IMG/VR virus record: IMGVR_UViG_3300035703_000005
Span: 124,001 to 188,000 of that record
DNA length: 64,000 nt
Direction: 5' to 3' (one strand)
Positions within the stretch are counted from its first letter, which is position 1; each line of letters begins with the position of its first letter. This document shows positions 26,502-36,315 of this stretch, piece by piece. Made by a program: the position numbers and the translations under genes. The notes under the pieces were generated by a model. It did not search any database and was not told where the DNA came from. It saw nothing but the letters and a program-made list of their open reading frames with translations.

Positions 26502-26977
26502 TGATACATTTTTGTTTGGATAGAATCTTTAATACTATTATAATCGGAAGCGTTTCCGTAGTCATCATCCACAGTGAACACTTCGTCATATCCAGATCTT
26601 TCAATAATCTTGGAACGAATTTCCATTTGTTTCTTTTCTTTTTGAATTCTTCTCAGAAATGCGTAGTGAATAATCTGAGTAAAATAAGCAAATGGATTGG
26701 AAGATTTCTCTGGATTGAAGTTATGAATATATTGAACACAATTTTCAATTCCATCACAAATCATGTCTTCGCGGAACATGTAGTTCACAAAATTCGGTTT
26801 ATATGATAAGTGGGTGGCAATCTTTAGAAAACACTCACCAAGATAATTGGTAATACGGGGTTTTGGATCTCCGTTTTCCGCAGCTACCTTAACCTTTCTC
26901 TTGTATTCACATATTGCCTCTAAAAATTCCTTATTATTTACATAATGTTCTGATCTTTTTCTTTTTGGTGCCTGCAT
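26498..26977 (-). CDS. gp55: Late transcription sigma factor (gp55)
   Basis: HYVNNKEF, DGIENC, NPFAYFTQI, RRIQKEK. Confidence 0.97.
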   Translation of the reverse strand: MQAPKRKRSEHYVNNKEFLEAICEYKRKVKVAAENGDPKPRITNYLGECFLKIATHLSYKPNFVNYMFREDMICDGIENCVQYIHNFNPEKSSNPFAYFTQIIHYAFLRRIQKEKKQMEIRSKIIERSGYDEVFTVDDDYGNASDYNSIKDSIQTKMYQ

Positions 26978-27009
26978 TTCATGAGTCCCTGTTAATATTA
27001 AGTGTTCTT

Positions 27010-27061
27010 ATTATAACAGAATGTTTGGCTATTGACAATGGCCTGAAAAAGTTGGTACAAT
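27010..27061. promoter_or_regulatory. Overlapping divergent sigma70-like promoters
   Basis: Minus strand TTGTCA-17-TATAAT toward gp55; plus strand TTGACA (27032)-18-TACAAT (27056). Confidence 0.7.
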
Positions 27062-27082
27062 AACTCTGTGGGGTTTCAAAGA

Positions 27083-27490
27083 TTAGCTATCTTTAATATC
27101 TTGAGCTCTATAAAGTTTTTCAAGTTTTTTTCTTGCTTCAGACACCGATGAGAGATATCCCATCTCTGGAGTAAGGGAGTTTTTTGAGTTTTTATTTTGA
27201 TGTTGTCTTAAAAACTTATGGTACATTTCAATAGTTTCTTCATCACGAACTTCACTGATGGTTAAAACTTTATCCATGTCAAGTAGAAATGTATCATCAT
27301 CAGCAAACTTAAGCCATGGATCTATTTTATATCCTTGCATTCCAATTTGTTTCATGACAACAATTTCTATGACAACCGGATTATTTAATATCAATATTGT
27401 TCTACCTTCTTCTTCAGAAGGACAAACTATAGAGAAGATTTCTTCTCCGGATATTAATTTAATAACTGCATAGAAATCTTCTTCCATCAT
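27083..27490 (-). CDS. Conserved phage protein, Sm-like fold suspected
   Basis: YAVIKLISGEEIFS...LNNPV...PWLK; between uvsW and gp55. Confidence 0.8.
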   Translation of the reverse strand: MMEEDFYAVIKLISGEEIFSIVCPSEEEGRTILILNNPVVIEIVVMKQIGMQGYKIDPWLKFADDDTFLLDMDKVLTISEVRDEETIEMYHKFLRQHQNKNSKNSLTPEMGYLSSVSEARKKLEKLYRAQDIKDS

Positions 27491-28950
27491 TCTTTTAAAT
27501 TTACCTGTATAAATTCGTAGTTAAAGTTTTCTTCATTGTAAATTTTGACTCTTTCTATTAAATGATTCAATGTATAATTTTTTCTTGAATTTTTAGTGCA
27601 ATCATCAGCAATATCATAAAGAACTGCTTGAGTTTTATTGTCACCTTTTCTTAAGACTCTTCCTATTGATTGAAGATTTCTAATTCTTGATTTACTGGGT
27701 GAAGCAAAAATAACATTATGTAAATTTTTAATATTAATTCCTGTACTAAAGGTGCCGTACGAAGCTACGATGATTGCATTATTTTCTCTTTCAGTAATCT
27801 CTCTAACCAATTCTCTTTCTTCCGCATCTACTCCACCATGTACATAAAAAACTTTTCGACCATCCTTAGCGGAATTATTTATTGATTCATATAAAGGTTG
27901 ACCATGAGTTTCAACTCTAGAAAAGAGAACGAGAGTATTTCCTTTCAAATCTAAAGCTAAATTCTTAATAAAATTATTTCTTTTTGGGTGACCAATAATA
28001 AATTGAACTTCTTCCTCAAAATTCTCAAACTCTTGTGGATTGTGTTTCAGAATTATAATTTTAATTTGAAGTTTAGAAAGATGTCCTTTATCAATTAACT
28101 CCTTGGTTTGAGTTACTTTATAAGATGGTCCAAATAAACCCTCCAGTACCCATTTATGTGTTTGAGTGCCATCAAGAGTACCAGTAAAACCGAACCTATA
28201 TTTCGTATTATCCAACTTAGTCATAATTCCTACTAAAGATTTGGATTTAAATTGATGAGCCTCATCCCCAATCACTACATCAAATGAGTCGTAAAATATT
28301 CTAGGTAATTTATAGATGGACTGCCAAGTAGTAATGATTACAGGATACTCATTAGTCTTCTCACGACCGCTGTATATGCGGTGGCAGTAGTCCTCTGCGT
28401 TCCATCCATAGTCCTGGAAGTCTTTGAACATTTGTTCAACCAGGGAGGTTGTAGGGACCACTAGGAGGATCTTTTGATCTCTTTCTGCAAAGTACCTGAC
28501 AATAGAGTAAATCATTAACGACTTACCTGATGCAGTTGGAGATATTAATAATTTTCTATTATATTTAAGTGCATCATATACTGCATCTATCTGATAATCT
28601 CTTGGTTTATGTCTAGAGATGCGAGTCATATAGTCCTTTACCCCTTCATAAGAGATCATTTCATTCTCTTCTAAAGGTGTCCCATAGAACTTATTGTTTT
28701 TAAATTCTACTTGGTAGTTCCATTTTTTCGCCCAAGAAACTACCTTATCGAGGAGACCAACATATATCTCTCCAGTATGAGTCGAAAAGAGACGAATCTT
28801 TCCATCCCAATATTTACTTCTATACTGGGGCATAAATTTTGCACCAGGTACATCAAAAGTAAAATGTTCTGAAAGTTCCTGGTAGATATGTGGTTCTGCT
28901 TCTATTTTCAAGAATACTTCGTTCTTTTTCGCAATTACAATGTCAGTCAT
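27487..28950 (-). CDS. uvsW: SF2 helicase UvsW
   Basis: PTASGKS, DEAH, TGT, QSIGRVLR. Confidence 0.96.
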   Translation of the reverse strand: MTDIVIAKKNEVFLKIEAEPHIYQELSEHFTFDVPGAKFMPQYRSKYWDGKIRLFSTHTGEIYVGLLDKVVSWAKKWNYQVEFKNNKFYGTPLEENEMISYEGVKDYMTRISRHKPRDYQIDAVYDALKYNRKLLISPTASGKSLMIYSIVRYFAERDQKILLVVPTTSLVEQMFKDFQDYGWNAEDYCHRIYSGREKTNEYPVIITTWQSIYKLPRIFYDSFDVVIGDEAHQFKSKSLVGIMTKLDNTKYRFGFTGTLDGTQTHKWVLEGLFGPSYKVTQTKELIDKGHLSKLQIKIIILKHNPQEFENFEEEVQFIIGHPKRNNFIKNLALDLKGNTLVLFSRVETHGQPLYESINNSAKDGRKVFYVHGGVDAEERELVREITERENNAIIVASYGTFSTGINIKNLHNVIFASPSKSRIRNLQSIGRVLRKGDNKTQAVLYDIADDCTKNSRKNYTLNHLIERVKIYNEENFNYEFIQVNLKE

Positions 28951-29371
28951 ATCCTCTAATAAATTTTTGCCATTCAATGGCATTTTTCAATTGGTATGTT
29001 CTATTTAATATAGTTTTAAGAATGCTCTCTAGATAATTGAGCATCATTTGATAATACTCAATTTTAGTCTGACATTTAATTAAATCTTCATCAGCATCCA
29101 TGTACTTATCCAAATCCGGTTTAAGTACTTTATGGTCAAAAGGTTTTTCTATATAAACTTCTGGTTCGGCTTTACCAGTGTAATATTGCCACTTTTCTTT
29201 CTTTAAGATCTTATATTTGTTTTCCTGAGCTTTCTTCAGAGTCAGGATATTGTTGAAAATTTTATAATATTTTGCATGAAGACTTGGAATTTTTACTGAT
29301 TCCGTATGCAAATTGTCTTCATCAATTTTTGAATCTTCTTCCCAAAGTTTTTGAATTTCATCCAGGTTCAT
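28943..29371 (-). CDS. uvsY: Recombination mediator UvsY
   Basis: IPSLHAKY, YYTGKA, KNAIEW. Confidence 0.93.
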   Translation of the reverse strand: MNLDEIQKLWEEDSKIDEDNLHTESVKIPSLHAKYYKIFNNILTLKKAQENKYKILKKEKWQYYTGKAEPEVYIEKPFDHKVLKPDLDKYMDADEDLIKCQTKIEYYQMMLNYLESILKTILNRTYQLKNAIEWQKFIRGYD

Positions 29372-29897
29372 AATTAGTTATTTTATAAAGAGCATACTTA
29401 AAGGTTACGGTAGCTACTGCATATTGGATATCAGGCGAAGTAGCATCAAAATCAATCTCGGATAAAGATGTCGGAAACATTCCTTGAAATTTAACAACAG
29501 TTGTTGGTTGAAAATTACTATTGTAGATAACTAATGAACCATCTGATAGATTTGGATCTTGATTTGGATTGTTTGGATCACTCTGTTTCCATTCCGAGTA
29601 TTCATAGACACTTTCGGGATAACCAAGTCCCCTCATCCAACTCTGGACTATATTGTAGTTTTCTAGATTTTCATCGATATTAAATGTTAATTTAAAATCA
29701 TCGAAGACCAATTTATCTCCTGGAAATGGGATATCCTTCAAATAAGTTGGTTGAATGGCTACTCCCAAATTAATTCCGGGAATATTAGCCGATTTTGAAA
29801 AAAAATCTACCTTAGGGGTTCTTGCAAGATTAAACTTGAATCCAGATAAAGATAAAAAGTTTCTATTAGATATTTGTTTATCAAAAGCTCCAGACAT
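29358..29897 (-). CDS. gp3: Tail completion / tube terminator (gp3)
   Basis: ANIPGI, PGDK, DENLENY, FPTSLS; follows gp23. Confidence 0.9.
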   Translation of the reverse strand: MSGAFDKQISNRNFLSLSGFKFNLARTPKVDFFSKSANIPGINLGVAIQPTYLKDIPFPGDKLVFDDFKLTFNIDENLENYNIVQSWMRGLGYPESVYEYSEWKQSDPNNPNQDPNLSDGSLVIYNSNFQPTTVVKFQGMFPTSLSEIDFDATSPDIQYAVATVTFKYALYKITNYEPG

Positions 29898-29924
29898 GGT
29901 GTTTTATTTTTATTTATTTGCAAT

Positions 29925-29948
29925 AAAAAAGGGTCCTTTCGGACCCTT
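29925..29948 (-). terminator. Intrinsic terminator after gp23
   Basis: GGGTCC-GAAA-GGACCC followed by T6. Confidence 0.9.
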
Positions 29949-29971
29949 GATTTGAAGAGTTGTGAAATGAA

Positions 29972-31366
29972 TCACATTAAGTTGGAGACCTTTACTCTTC
30001 TGTAGTAACGGTTTGCATTGAGGCGTAGTCTGCCAAGACCCTGATCGGTTCCTTCTGCAAATGGGTTTGCAACGATTCCGTAACGAGTCTTGAATCCGAT
30101 TTTTGGCTGGAAGGTGTCCTGACCAACGGCACGAACCATCTGGAGAGGAACATATGGGCAGTAGAAGATACCAGCATCGTATGCGCTAGAACCCTTATAA
30201 CCTACAACGTAGTACTGATCAGCAGCAACGTTTGCAGCATATGGGTCAATGTATACACGATACTTACCTTGGAGAACACCAGCGAAGGTGTTACCAGTGT
30301 CATCAACGTTTAGGTTAGCGTTGAGTGCAGGGGTGTAATCAAGAACACCAGCCATGGTTAGAGCGGAAGCAACGTCTGCGGAGCAGATGATGGTATTGCC
30401 CTTTCCTCTACGAGTTCTTTGTGCGATTGCGTTAGCATCACGCTCGATCTGGAAAAGTAGACCCTTGAACTTCTCAACGGACCAACGACCATTGGAGTCA
30501 ACGTCGAGGTCAAATACACCAGCGGTAGCAGTGTTAACAGCAGCACCTTGCTCAGCAACCTTATAGATGGTTCTGATGACTTCTCTGTTGATTTCAGCGA
30601 GGATCTCAGTGGAGAGAATGTTAGCAAGTTCTGCTTCTGCGTTTAGACCGTGGATTGCCTTGAGGTCTTGAGCGAGCTCTAGGGAGTACTCAGCCTTGAG
30701 GGCACGTGACTTAGCAGTTACGGTAACTTTCTCGATGCTGAATGCCATCTGGTTGAAGGCATTAGATGCAGAATCTCCAAGAGCTTCTGAATCACCAGTA
30801 GCCATACCCTGACCAACATTATATGGTGATGGGTTGGTGGTTGCAGATCCAACTGGGTTGAGAACGTTAGGATTGGTTCCATCCTGGTTGGTTGTACCGA
30901 AACCAACGAGACCATCGGAGAATCCGTTGGCAAGGTTACGGCTGTTGTTCTGACCAGAGAAGGTGGTATCTACTTCATCGAAGAAGGTCTCAGTACCAGA
31001 CTGAGAATCGTAACGGGAACGCATTGCGAAGATGAGTCCAGTAGGACCACTCATTGGCTGAACACCACAGATGTCATAAGCAATGAGGTTAGGCATTGCA
31101 CGACGAATGAGGCTGATTAGAACTGGGTCGAAACCAGCAACAGGTCCACCAGCAGTAGCGGAACCAGAGAAACCACCAGTACCAGCAGAGTTAACTGGGG
31201 AAGCTTCGCCAAGGAACTCAGCAGACTCGCGTAGTTCTCTCTCTTGGTTCTCTAGAAGTTGTGCAGTTACTGCACGTCTGTGGGAATCTTTGATGTCGCC
31301 TAGACCGTCGAAGTCTAGAACTGGAGCCCACTTCTCCATTAACATTTGTGAGTTAATTCCGTCCAT
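29972..31366 (-). CDS. gp23: Major capsid protein (gp23)
   Basis: GVQPMSGPTGLIFAMR, KSRALKAEY, YCPYVPL, GFKTRYG. Confidence 0.99.
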   Translation of the reverse strand: MDGINSQMLMEKWAPVLDFDGLGDIKDSHRRAVTAQLLENQERELRESAEFLGEASPVNSAGTGGFSGSATAGGPVAGFDPVLISLIRRAMPNLIAYDICGVQPMSGPTGLIFAMRSRYDSQSGTETFFDEVDTTFSGQNNSRNLANGFSDGLVGFGTTNQDGTNPNVLNPVGSATTNPSPYNVGQGMATGDSEALGDSASNAFNQMAFSIEKVTVTAKSRALKAEYSLELAQDLKAIHGLNAEAELANILSTEILAEINREVIRTIYKVAEQGAAVNTATAGVFDLDVDSNGRWSVEKFKGLLFQIERDANAIAQRTRRGKGNTIICSADVASALTMAGVLDYTPALNANLNVDDTGNTFAGVLQGKYRVYIDPYAANVAADQYYVVGYKGSSAYDAGIFYCPYVPLQMVRAVGQDTFQPKIGFKTRYGIVANPFAEGTDQGLGRLRLNANRYYRRVKVSNLM

Positions 31367-31426
31367 TTTGTTTGATACCTCTTTTTAAGTGTTGGGGTAA
31401 ACTGCGGTTTGAGTATTATCTAAAAA

Positions 31427-32599
31427 TCACTTTTTAGCAACGTTGGAAAGCGCGCGTAGATAAGCGTCCATAGAAGGTGAATGATTCACTTCTTGGAAAT
31501 TTGCTTCTTCTGTTAGATTTTCCGTTTCGTTTGCTGGAATACCAGCGTTTCTTGGGAAGTATGACTCCCTAAGAGTTACCAGCTTCTGGTAATAGTCATT
31601 CTCACTCTCAAACTCAACACTTTCAGAGAGGCTTGCAAGCTTGTCCTTTTGGGAAAGAGCTAGACCCTCAGAAACTTGGTTTAGAATTCTGTCAGCGGCA
31701 GATTCTGCAAGTTTCGTATTTAGAGCAATATTCTTTTGAATTTGCTCGTTGAGTTTTGTCTCCATTTCATCAAGTTTTTCTACCATGCTCTCTAGTACAT
31801 CATATTTTTCTTCAGGCATTGATACATAATGTTCTTCAAAAAGACCCTTCATACCAGCGATGAAGGACTCAGTGATCTCAGTCTTGAGACCACTTTCAAC
31901 TGCGAGAGCATTTTCTTCTAACCATTCGGATGCAACATACTCAAGATATGAGTCAACTCTTTCGGTTAGTTCTAGTTTGATCTCTTCGATCTCTTCTGCA
32001 AGAGCAGCAGCATAGTGCTCTTCCAGAGAAGATTGAATTTCTTTTGTTTTAGCGTGAAGAGCAGCTTCAAATACTAATTTTGCTTTTTCTTTGAATTCTT
32101 CGGATAACTCTTCTTCGCCGGAGAGGAGAGCATTTACGTCCTCATCAATGATAGAATTTACATCCTCTTCGACAACTTCTTCTGCATCTTCCTCAGATTC
32201 GGTTTCTTCAACCTCACCTTCTTCGTCACCTTCTTCTGCAATTATTTCTTCTTCAACTTCTTCTTCAACTTCTTCTTTCATACCACCACCTTGACCTGGG
32301 GTAGCAACGGAAGTTGCAGAAGTTGCAGCAGCATCAGGTGCAGAAGCTTTAGCATTTACAACGTCCTTAACTTGCTTAAGAGTTGCGCCAGGTGTTTTTA
32401 ACATGTTGGAATTATCATCTGGCTTGCTGTTTTCTGGAGTTGGGCCTCCAAGATCTTCCCAAGCACCAGTTTGACCAGGAGTTGCAACTGGAGTTGCGCT
32501 CTTGTGTGGTGCTTCCGGTGCAGATGCGTTAGCATTTACAGCGGTTTTGGATTGTGAAGTGCCGGTTTCCATTTCTTGTAAATTTTTACCACGGGACAT
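31427..32599 (-). CDS. gp22: Prohead core / scaffold (gp22)
   Basis: Acidic coiled coil; LSEEFKEKAKLVFEAA, VDSYLEY. Confidence 0.93.
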   Translation of the reverse strand: MSRGKNLQEMETGTSQSKTAVNANASAPEAPHKSATPVATPGQTGAWEDLGGPTPENSKPDDNSNMLKTPGATLKQVKDVVNAKASAPDAAATSATSVATPGQGGGMKEEVEEEVEEEIIAEEGDEEGEVEETESEEDAEEVVEEDVNSIIDEDVNALLSGEEELSEEFKEKAKLVFEAALHAKTKEIQSSLEEHYAAALAEEIEEIKLELTERVDSYLEYVASEWLEENALAVESGLKTEITESFIAGMKGLFEEHYVSMPEEKYDVLESMVEKLDEMETKLNEQIQKNIALNTKLAESAADRILNQVSEGLALSQKDKLASLSESVEFESENDYYQKLVTLRESYFPRNAGIPANETENLTEEANFQEVNHSPSMDAYLRALSNVAKK

Positions 32600-32646
32600 T
32601 TGTACTCTCCGATTACCTTTGTATAATCTGTATTTATTTATTAAAA

Positions 32647-33297
32647 TTAAAGATTTGATAAAAACTCTTGGAACAGATTTAATTTCTGTTCATCAAGTCT
32701 TCTTTGATCAACAAGAGTGTTAATTCTCTTTTGAGTATTGGAAGCAAGTTGTTCACGAAGAATTCCTCCTTCCCAAACCCACTCCTTTCCTTCCATAATT
32801 CCAGATACAAATGCATCAGGAGCTGAAGGATCAGCAACAATATCTGCAGCAGTTGCAAGCATAAAATCTTCACCAACTACTTTATAACCTTCATTAGTTG
32901 TAGTTAATGAACCTACACCACGAGAAGAAACTCCTAACATTACACCTTCATCAAGAAGAGAAGATGCAATTTTGCCCATTGGAGTATTAAGAATCTGAGC
33001 TTTACCTACAAAGTTATTTCCCTCTTGAACAAGAGAAGTAATTTTGTGAGAAACACGATCGAGATTAACTGTTGGTCCATCTGGATGACCAAGCTCTCCG
33101 AGAGCACGACCCTTCGCAACAAAACTTTCATTATAACGATTTACTTCACGAGTAAGGGTTGTAATAGGATACATTCTTCCATTACGATTTTTAATTTCGC
33201 CTTGGAGAAATACTCCTTCAATATAAAGTTTTTTATCAGCACCTTTTCCTTCGGTGATAATCTTTACATTTGTTACTTCTTCGGTGATTAGTTTCAT
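32647..33297 (-). CDS. gp21: Prohead protease (gp21)
   Basis: NRNGRMYP, GELGHP, VSSRGVGS, DIVADPSAPDA. Confidence 0.97.
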   Translation of the reverse strand: MKLITEEVTNVKIITEGKGADKKLYIEGVFLQGEIKNRNGRMYPITTLTREVNRYNESFVAKGRALGELGHPDGPTVNLDRVSHKITSLVQEGNNFVGKAQILNTPMGKIASSLLDEGVMLGVSSRGVGSLTTTNEGYKVVGEDFMLATAADIVADPSAPDAFVSGIMEGKEWVWEGGILREQLASNTQKRINTLVDQRRLDEQKLNLFQEFLSNL

Positions 33298-33302
33298 AGT
33301 TT

Positions 33303-33572
33303 TTAGTTGGTGAGTCCTACTTTAGCAGCTTTAACGGATGCAGAAGATGCAAAAATAACATCAGTTGAGGCTTTTTGGAGAAACTCTACTGATTGGTCAG
33401 GCATTGTAAAAGTTGAAGTTGATGCAGCACCAACGGCAGTAGAAATACTAACAGTAGCTGCAGCTCCAGAACCATTAAATAATCTTACACAAGTAGCTTC
33501 GCCAATACTTGAAGCAGCACCTGCGGTTGTTGGCATTGCAACTTCTGTTGCAATTATTTTTGTTCTTTGCAT
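33303..33572 (-). CDS. Small Ala/Thr-rich hypothetical virion protein
   Basis: 89-aa ORF in the head cluster; late promoter at 33598-33604. Confidence 0.7.
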   Translation of the reverse strand: MQRTKIIATEVAMPTTAGAASSIGEATCVRLFNGSGAAATVSISTAVGAASTSTFTMPDQSVEFLQKASTDVIFASSASVKAAKVGLTN

Positions 33573-33603
33573 TGTTATAATAAAGTTCTATAATAGTTAT
33601 TTA

Positions 33604-33807
33604 TTATTCCTCGTCTTCTCCATGAGAATCACTATATTCAACCTCAGATTCGGTTTCGGTATCTTGTTGCCCAAACATTGAAGCGGCAACCAAGGGTCTA
33701 ATAGTATCAATATTTTCTGCAGATTTTTGCATTAAAATTTCTTTAATTTTATCACTAATATCTGCAGGGGATTCGTTAGAAACCATCATGTTAATAAGAT
33801 CATCCAT
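33604..33807 (-). CDS. Small acidic prohead protein (gp67-like position)
   Basis: Follows the portal; late promoter at 33835-33841. Confidence 0.65.
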   Translation of the reverse strand: MDDLINMMVSNESPADISDKIKEILMQKSAENIDTIRPLVAASMFGQQDTETESEVEYSDSHGEDEE

Positions 33808-33840
33808 TTTTTTACATCAAAGTATACTTAAAATTATTTA

Positions 33841-35550
33841 TTAGATTCTGCCACCCTTAGGCATTTTTATTTTTGGAGCCTCTTCTGTTGGTGACATTTC
33901 TGCTGCAGTTGCATCAGTTTCTGGGTTCATTGGAACTTCACCCATTGCTGGTTGTTCTGCTGGTGGTTCTTGGCCAACTGGAAGTCCAGTCATTGGATCT
34001 ACTGGAGGTGAAATTATTCCTGCTGCTTGTTCAGCACCTATTTGTTCATCTATTTCTACGATTTCAGCATCAGTTTGTTTGAGAATATTTCTTCTTACAT
34101 AATCCACAGAGAAATATTTGCCAACATAAGGTTCTGCAGCTACTAAAACATTCAATCTATTTTGAATGAGTTCGGCTTCTTTCAGTTCCGCAAAATGATT
34201 GTCATAAACAAAATCAAATTGAATATGGTCAGATAAAATTTTCCAATCTTCTGGAGTAACAATATTTTTAAGAATGAGTTGAGTTTTCAACATATCCATA
34301 AAGAGATGGGAAAACCTCTTTCTCATTCTCCCCACAAACTTAGTAAACTTAATTTCGTCTCTTAAAATTTCGGAAGATCTACCAAGATTAAATCCACCAC
34401 TTCCACTTAAACGTGACTCTGGAACTCCAAGTGCTCTATAAAGTTTTTTCTGAAAATATTCAACATCGGTAAGTTCTCCAAGGTTTTGACCACCTGGGAG
34501 TGTAGTGATTTCAGTTCCTCTACCACCTTCACGACGAGGGAGCCAGAAATCCTCAAGCATTGACATCATTCTTTTGTCATCACGAATCTCACCAGTATTT
34601 GCATCGTAAACTAATTTGTTACGATAACGAGTCATAACATCACGAAGATATTGTTCTGCCTTGATTTTGGGAAGATTGCCCACATCAATGTAGAAAATAC
34701 GACGTTCTGGAGCACGAGATAATCTGTAAATTACAAGGCTATCTTCAATCATTCTAAGCTGATTGAGTGCTTTAATTGCTTTGTGTAGATATGAAAGAAC
34801 TACTTGTTTATTTCTATCTACTAAACCAGAGTGAACATAGGTAATTGCATCTTTGGAAATTCTTGCGGCGCCACCAATTGCACTTTTAAAATTACTAGTT
34901 GCCTGACCTGCACCAGTACCTCTGATATTTGGATCATATTCAAAAAACTCCTCTACTTCTGGAGTTGCCATATTTCCATCTGGAGCTTTACCTGCAGTAA
35001 CTGAAAAAGATGGATTTAATACATGTTTGCCATCTTTTTTAATTTTTCTGACAAGTTTAATCTTCATGGGATCAATATATCTTACTTCTTTGATCCCTTC
35101 TTCTGGTTTTTCTAAATTAATGACTTTATGGTAATAAATCCTACCATCAACGTACCAATTCCTTAAAATTTCGTGGCATCTTTTATCAAAATCCAAAAGT
35201 TCTTTGATATATTTAAATTCTTGTCTTATAATATCTTTGAGTCTATCCGAAGCCGGTACATTTTGAAGATCAATTTGAATTGGAGAATCATTTTGATCGG
35301 AAACTATTGCCTCATTGATTATATCTTCAATTGCACTATCCACTTCTGGATGAATAGCCATTTCACGATATCTTTTAATTAGATCATATTCGGACTTATA
35401 GACGCCTTCAATATCAACATATTGTCCATAAAATCCACTCGCAACATAAAAATCCGAAGAATCTTCCTGATTCTCCGGAACAGGAGAGACGATAGATTTT
35501 GATCTATCGTCCTCCGAGTCTTGGATTTTGAAACCAAATAATTTAGGCAT
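33841..35550 (-). CDS. gp20: Portal protein (gp20)
   Basis: YRLSRAPERRIFYIDVGNLP, EDFWLPRREGGRGTEI. Confidence 0.98.
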   Translation of the reverse strand: MPKLFGFKIQDSEDDRSKSIVSPVPENQEDSSDFYVASGFYGQYVDIEGVYKSEYDLIKRYREMAIHPEVDSAIEDIINEAIVSDQNDSPIQIDLQNVPASDRLKDIIRQEFKYIKELLDFDKRCHEILRNWYVDGRIYYHKVINLEKPEEGIKEVRYIDPMKIKLVRKIKKDGKHVLNPSFSVTAGKAPDGNMATPEVEEFFEYDPNIRGTGAGQATSNFKSAIGGAARISKDAITYVHSGLVDRNKQVVLSYLHKAIKALNQLRMIEDSLVIYRLSRAPERRIFYIDVGNLPKIKAEQYLRDVMTRYRNKLVYDANTGEIRDDKRMMSMLEDFWLPRREGGRGTEITTLPGGQNLGELTDVEYFQKKLYRALGVPESRLSGSGGFNLGRSSEILRDEIKFTKFVGRMRKRFSHLFMDMLKTQLILKNIVTPEDWKILSDHIQFDFVYDNHFAELKEAELIQNRLNVLVAAEPYVGKYFSVDYVRRNILKQTDAEIVEIDEQIGAEQAAGIISPPVDPMTGLPVGQEPPAEQPAMGEVPMNPETDATAAEMSPTEEAPKIKMPKGGRI

Positions 35551-35579
35551 TATTCAAATATTAACTCTATTTCTATTAT

Positions 35580-36275
35580 TTATAGAGGGTTCAATACTTG
35601 AGGGTCTGTACCCAATTGAGTATTGCCTTGTGAATCAAGAGCATCCCACCACTGAACTTGAAGATCTACTGTAAATTCTTCAATTGTGTCTGAAGAATCA
35701 TATGAAAGATCAATAGCACTTACTGCAGTTGGGAAAATTCCATAAAACTTATATGCCTTAAGAACAGGCATTGGATCACCTGGATTAGTAATATTTGGAT
35801 TAGTTACATTAGATTGTGCAGAAGCTAAAGATGATCTACCAAATTGTCTTACGATTGCATCTTTTTGATATTGAGCGGGATTAATTAATCCAGAATTATC
35901 ATCATGTTTGTTGATGGCATTCATCCATCTTTCAAAAGCAGTTCTGATTGAAAAATCAACATCATTAATTACAGTAATTGTCCAAACATCAAAGGTTCTG
36001 TCACCTGCAATTTTCAAATTTCTGCCTCTAAATGGAACTTCAATAACTCCAACTGAGGATGCAGGAAGATTTGCAGTTTTAATCATAAACCTAGAAAGTT
36101 CTGAAACTGATCTAGTTTCATCGGTTCCAGTTGTTGTTTGGGTATTTGCAACCGCAAAGTTTGGGAAATTCAATTCAACTTCGAAGAGATTTGGACGAGC
36201 GGCTCCACCAATTAATCTTGCTTTAAAATCTTCTAAAGTTCTGGAGCTGAAACTTGGGGTATTTGAAAATGCCAT
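35580..36275 (-). CDS. gp19: Tail tube protein (gp19)
   Basis: ARPNLFEV, AGDRTFDVW, IEEFTV. Confidence 0.96.
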   Translation of the reverse strand: MAFSNTPSFSSRTLEDFKARLIGGAARPNLFEVELNFPNFAVANTQTTTGTDETRSVSELSRFMIKTANLPASSVGVIEVPFRGRNLKIAGDRTFDVWTITVINDVDFSIRTAFERWMNAINKHDDNSGLINPAQYQKDAIVRQFGRSSLASAQSNVTNPNITNPGDPMPVLKAYKFYGIFPTAVSAIDLSYDSSDTIEEFTVDLQVQWWDALDSQGNTQLGTDPQVLNPL

Positions 36276-36315
36276 TTTTTGTACCTCTTATAGGGATTGA
36301 TGATTTTTTACAAAA

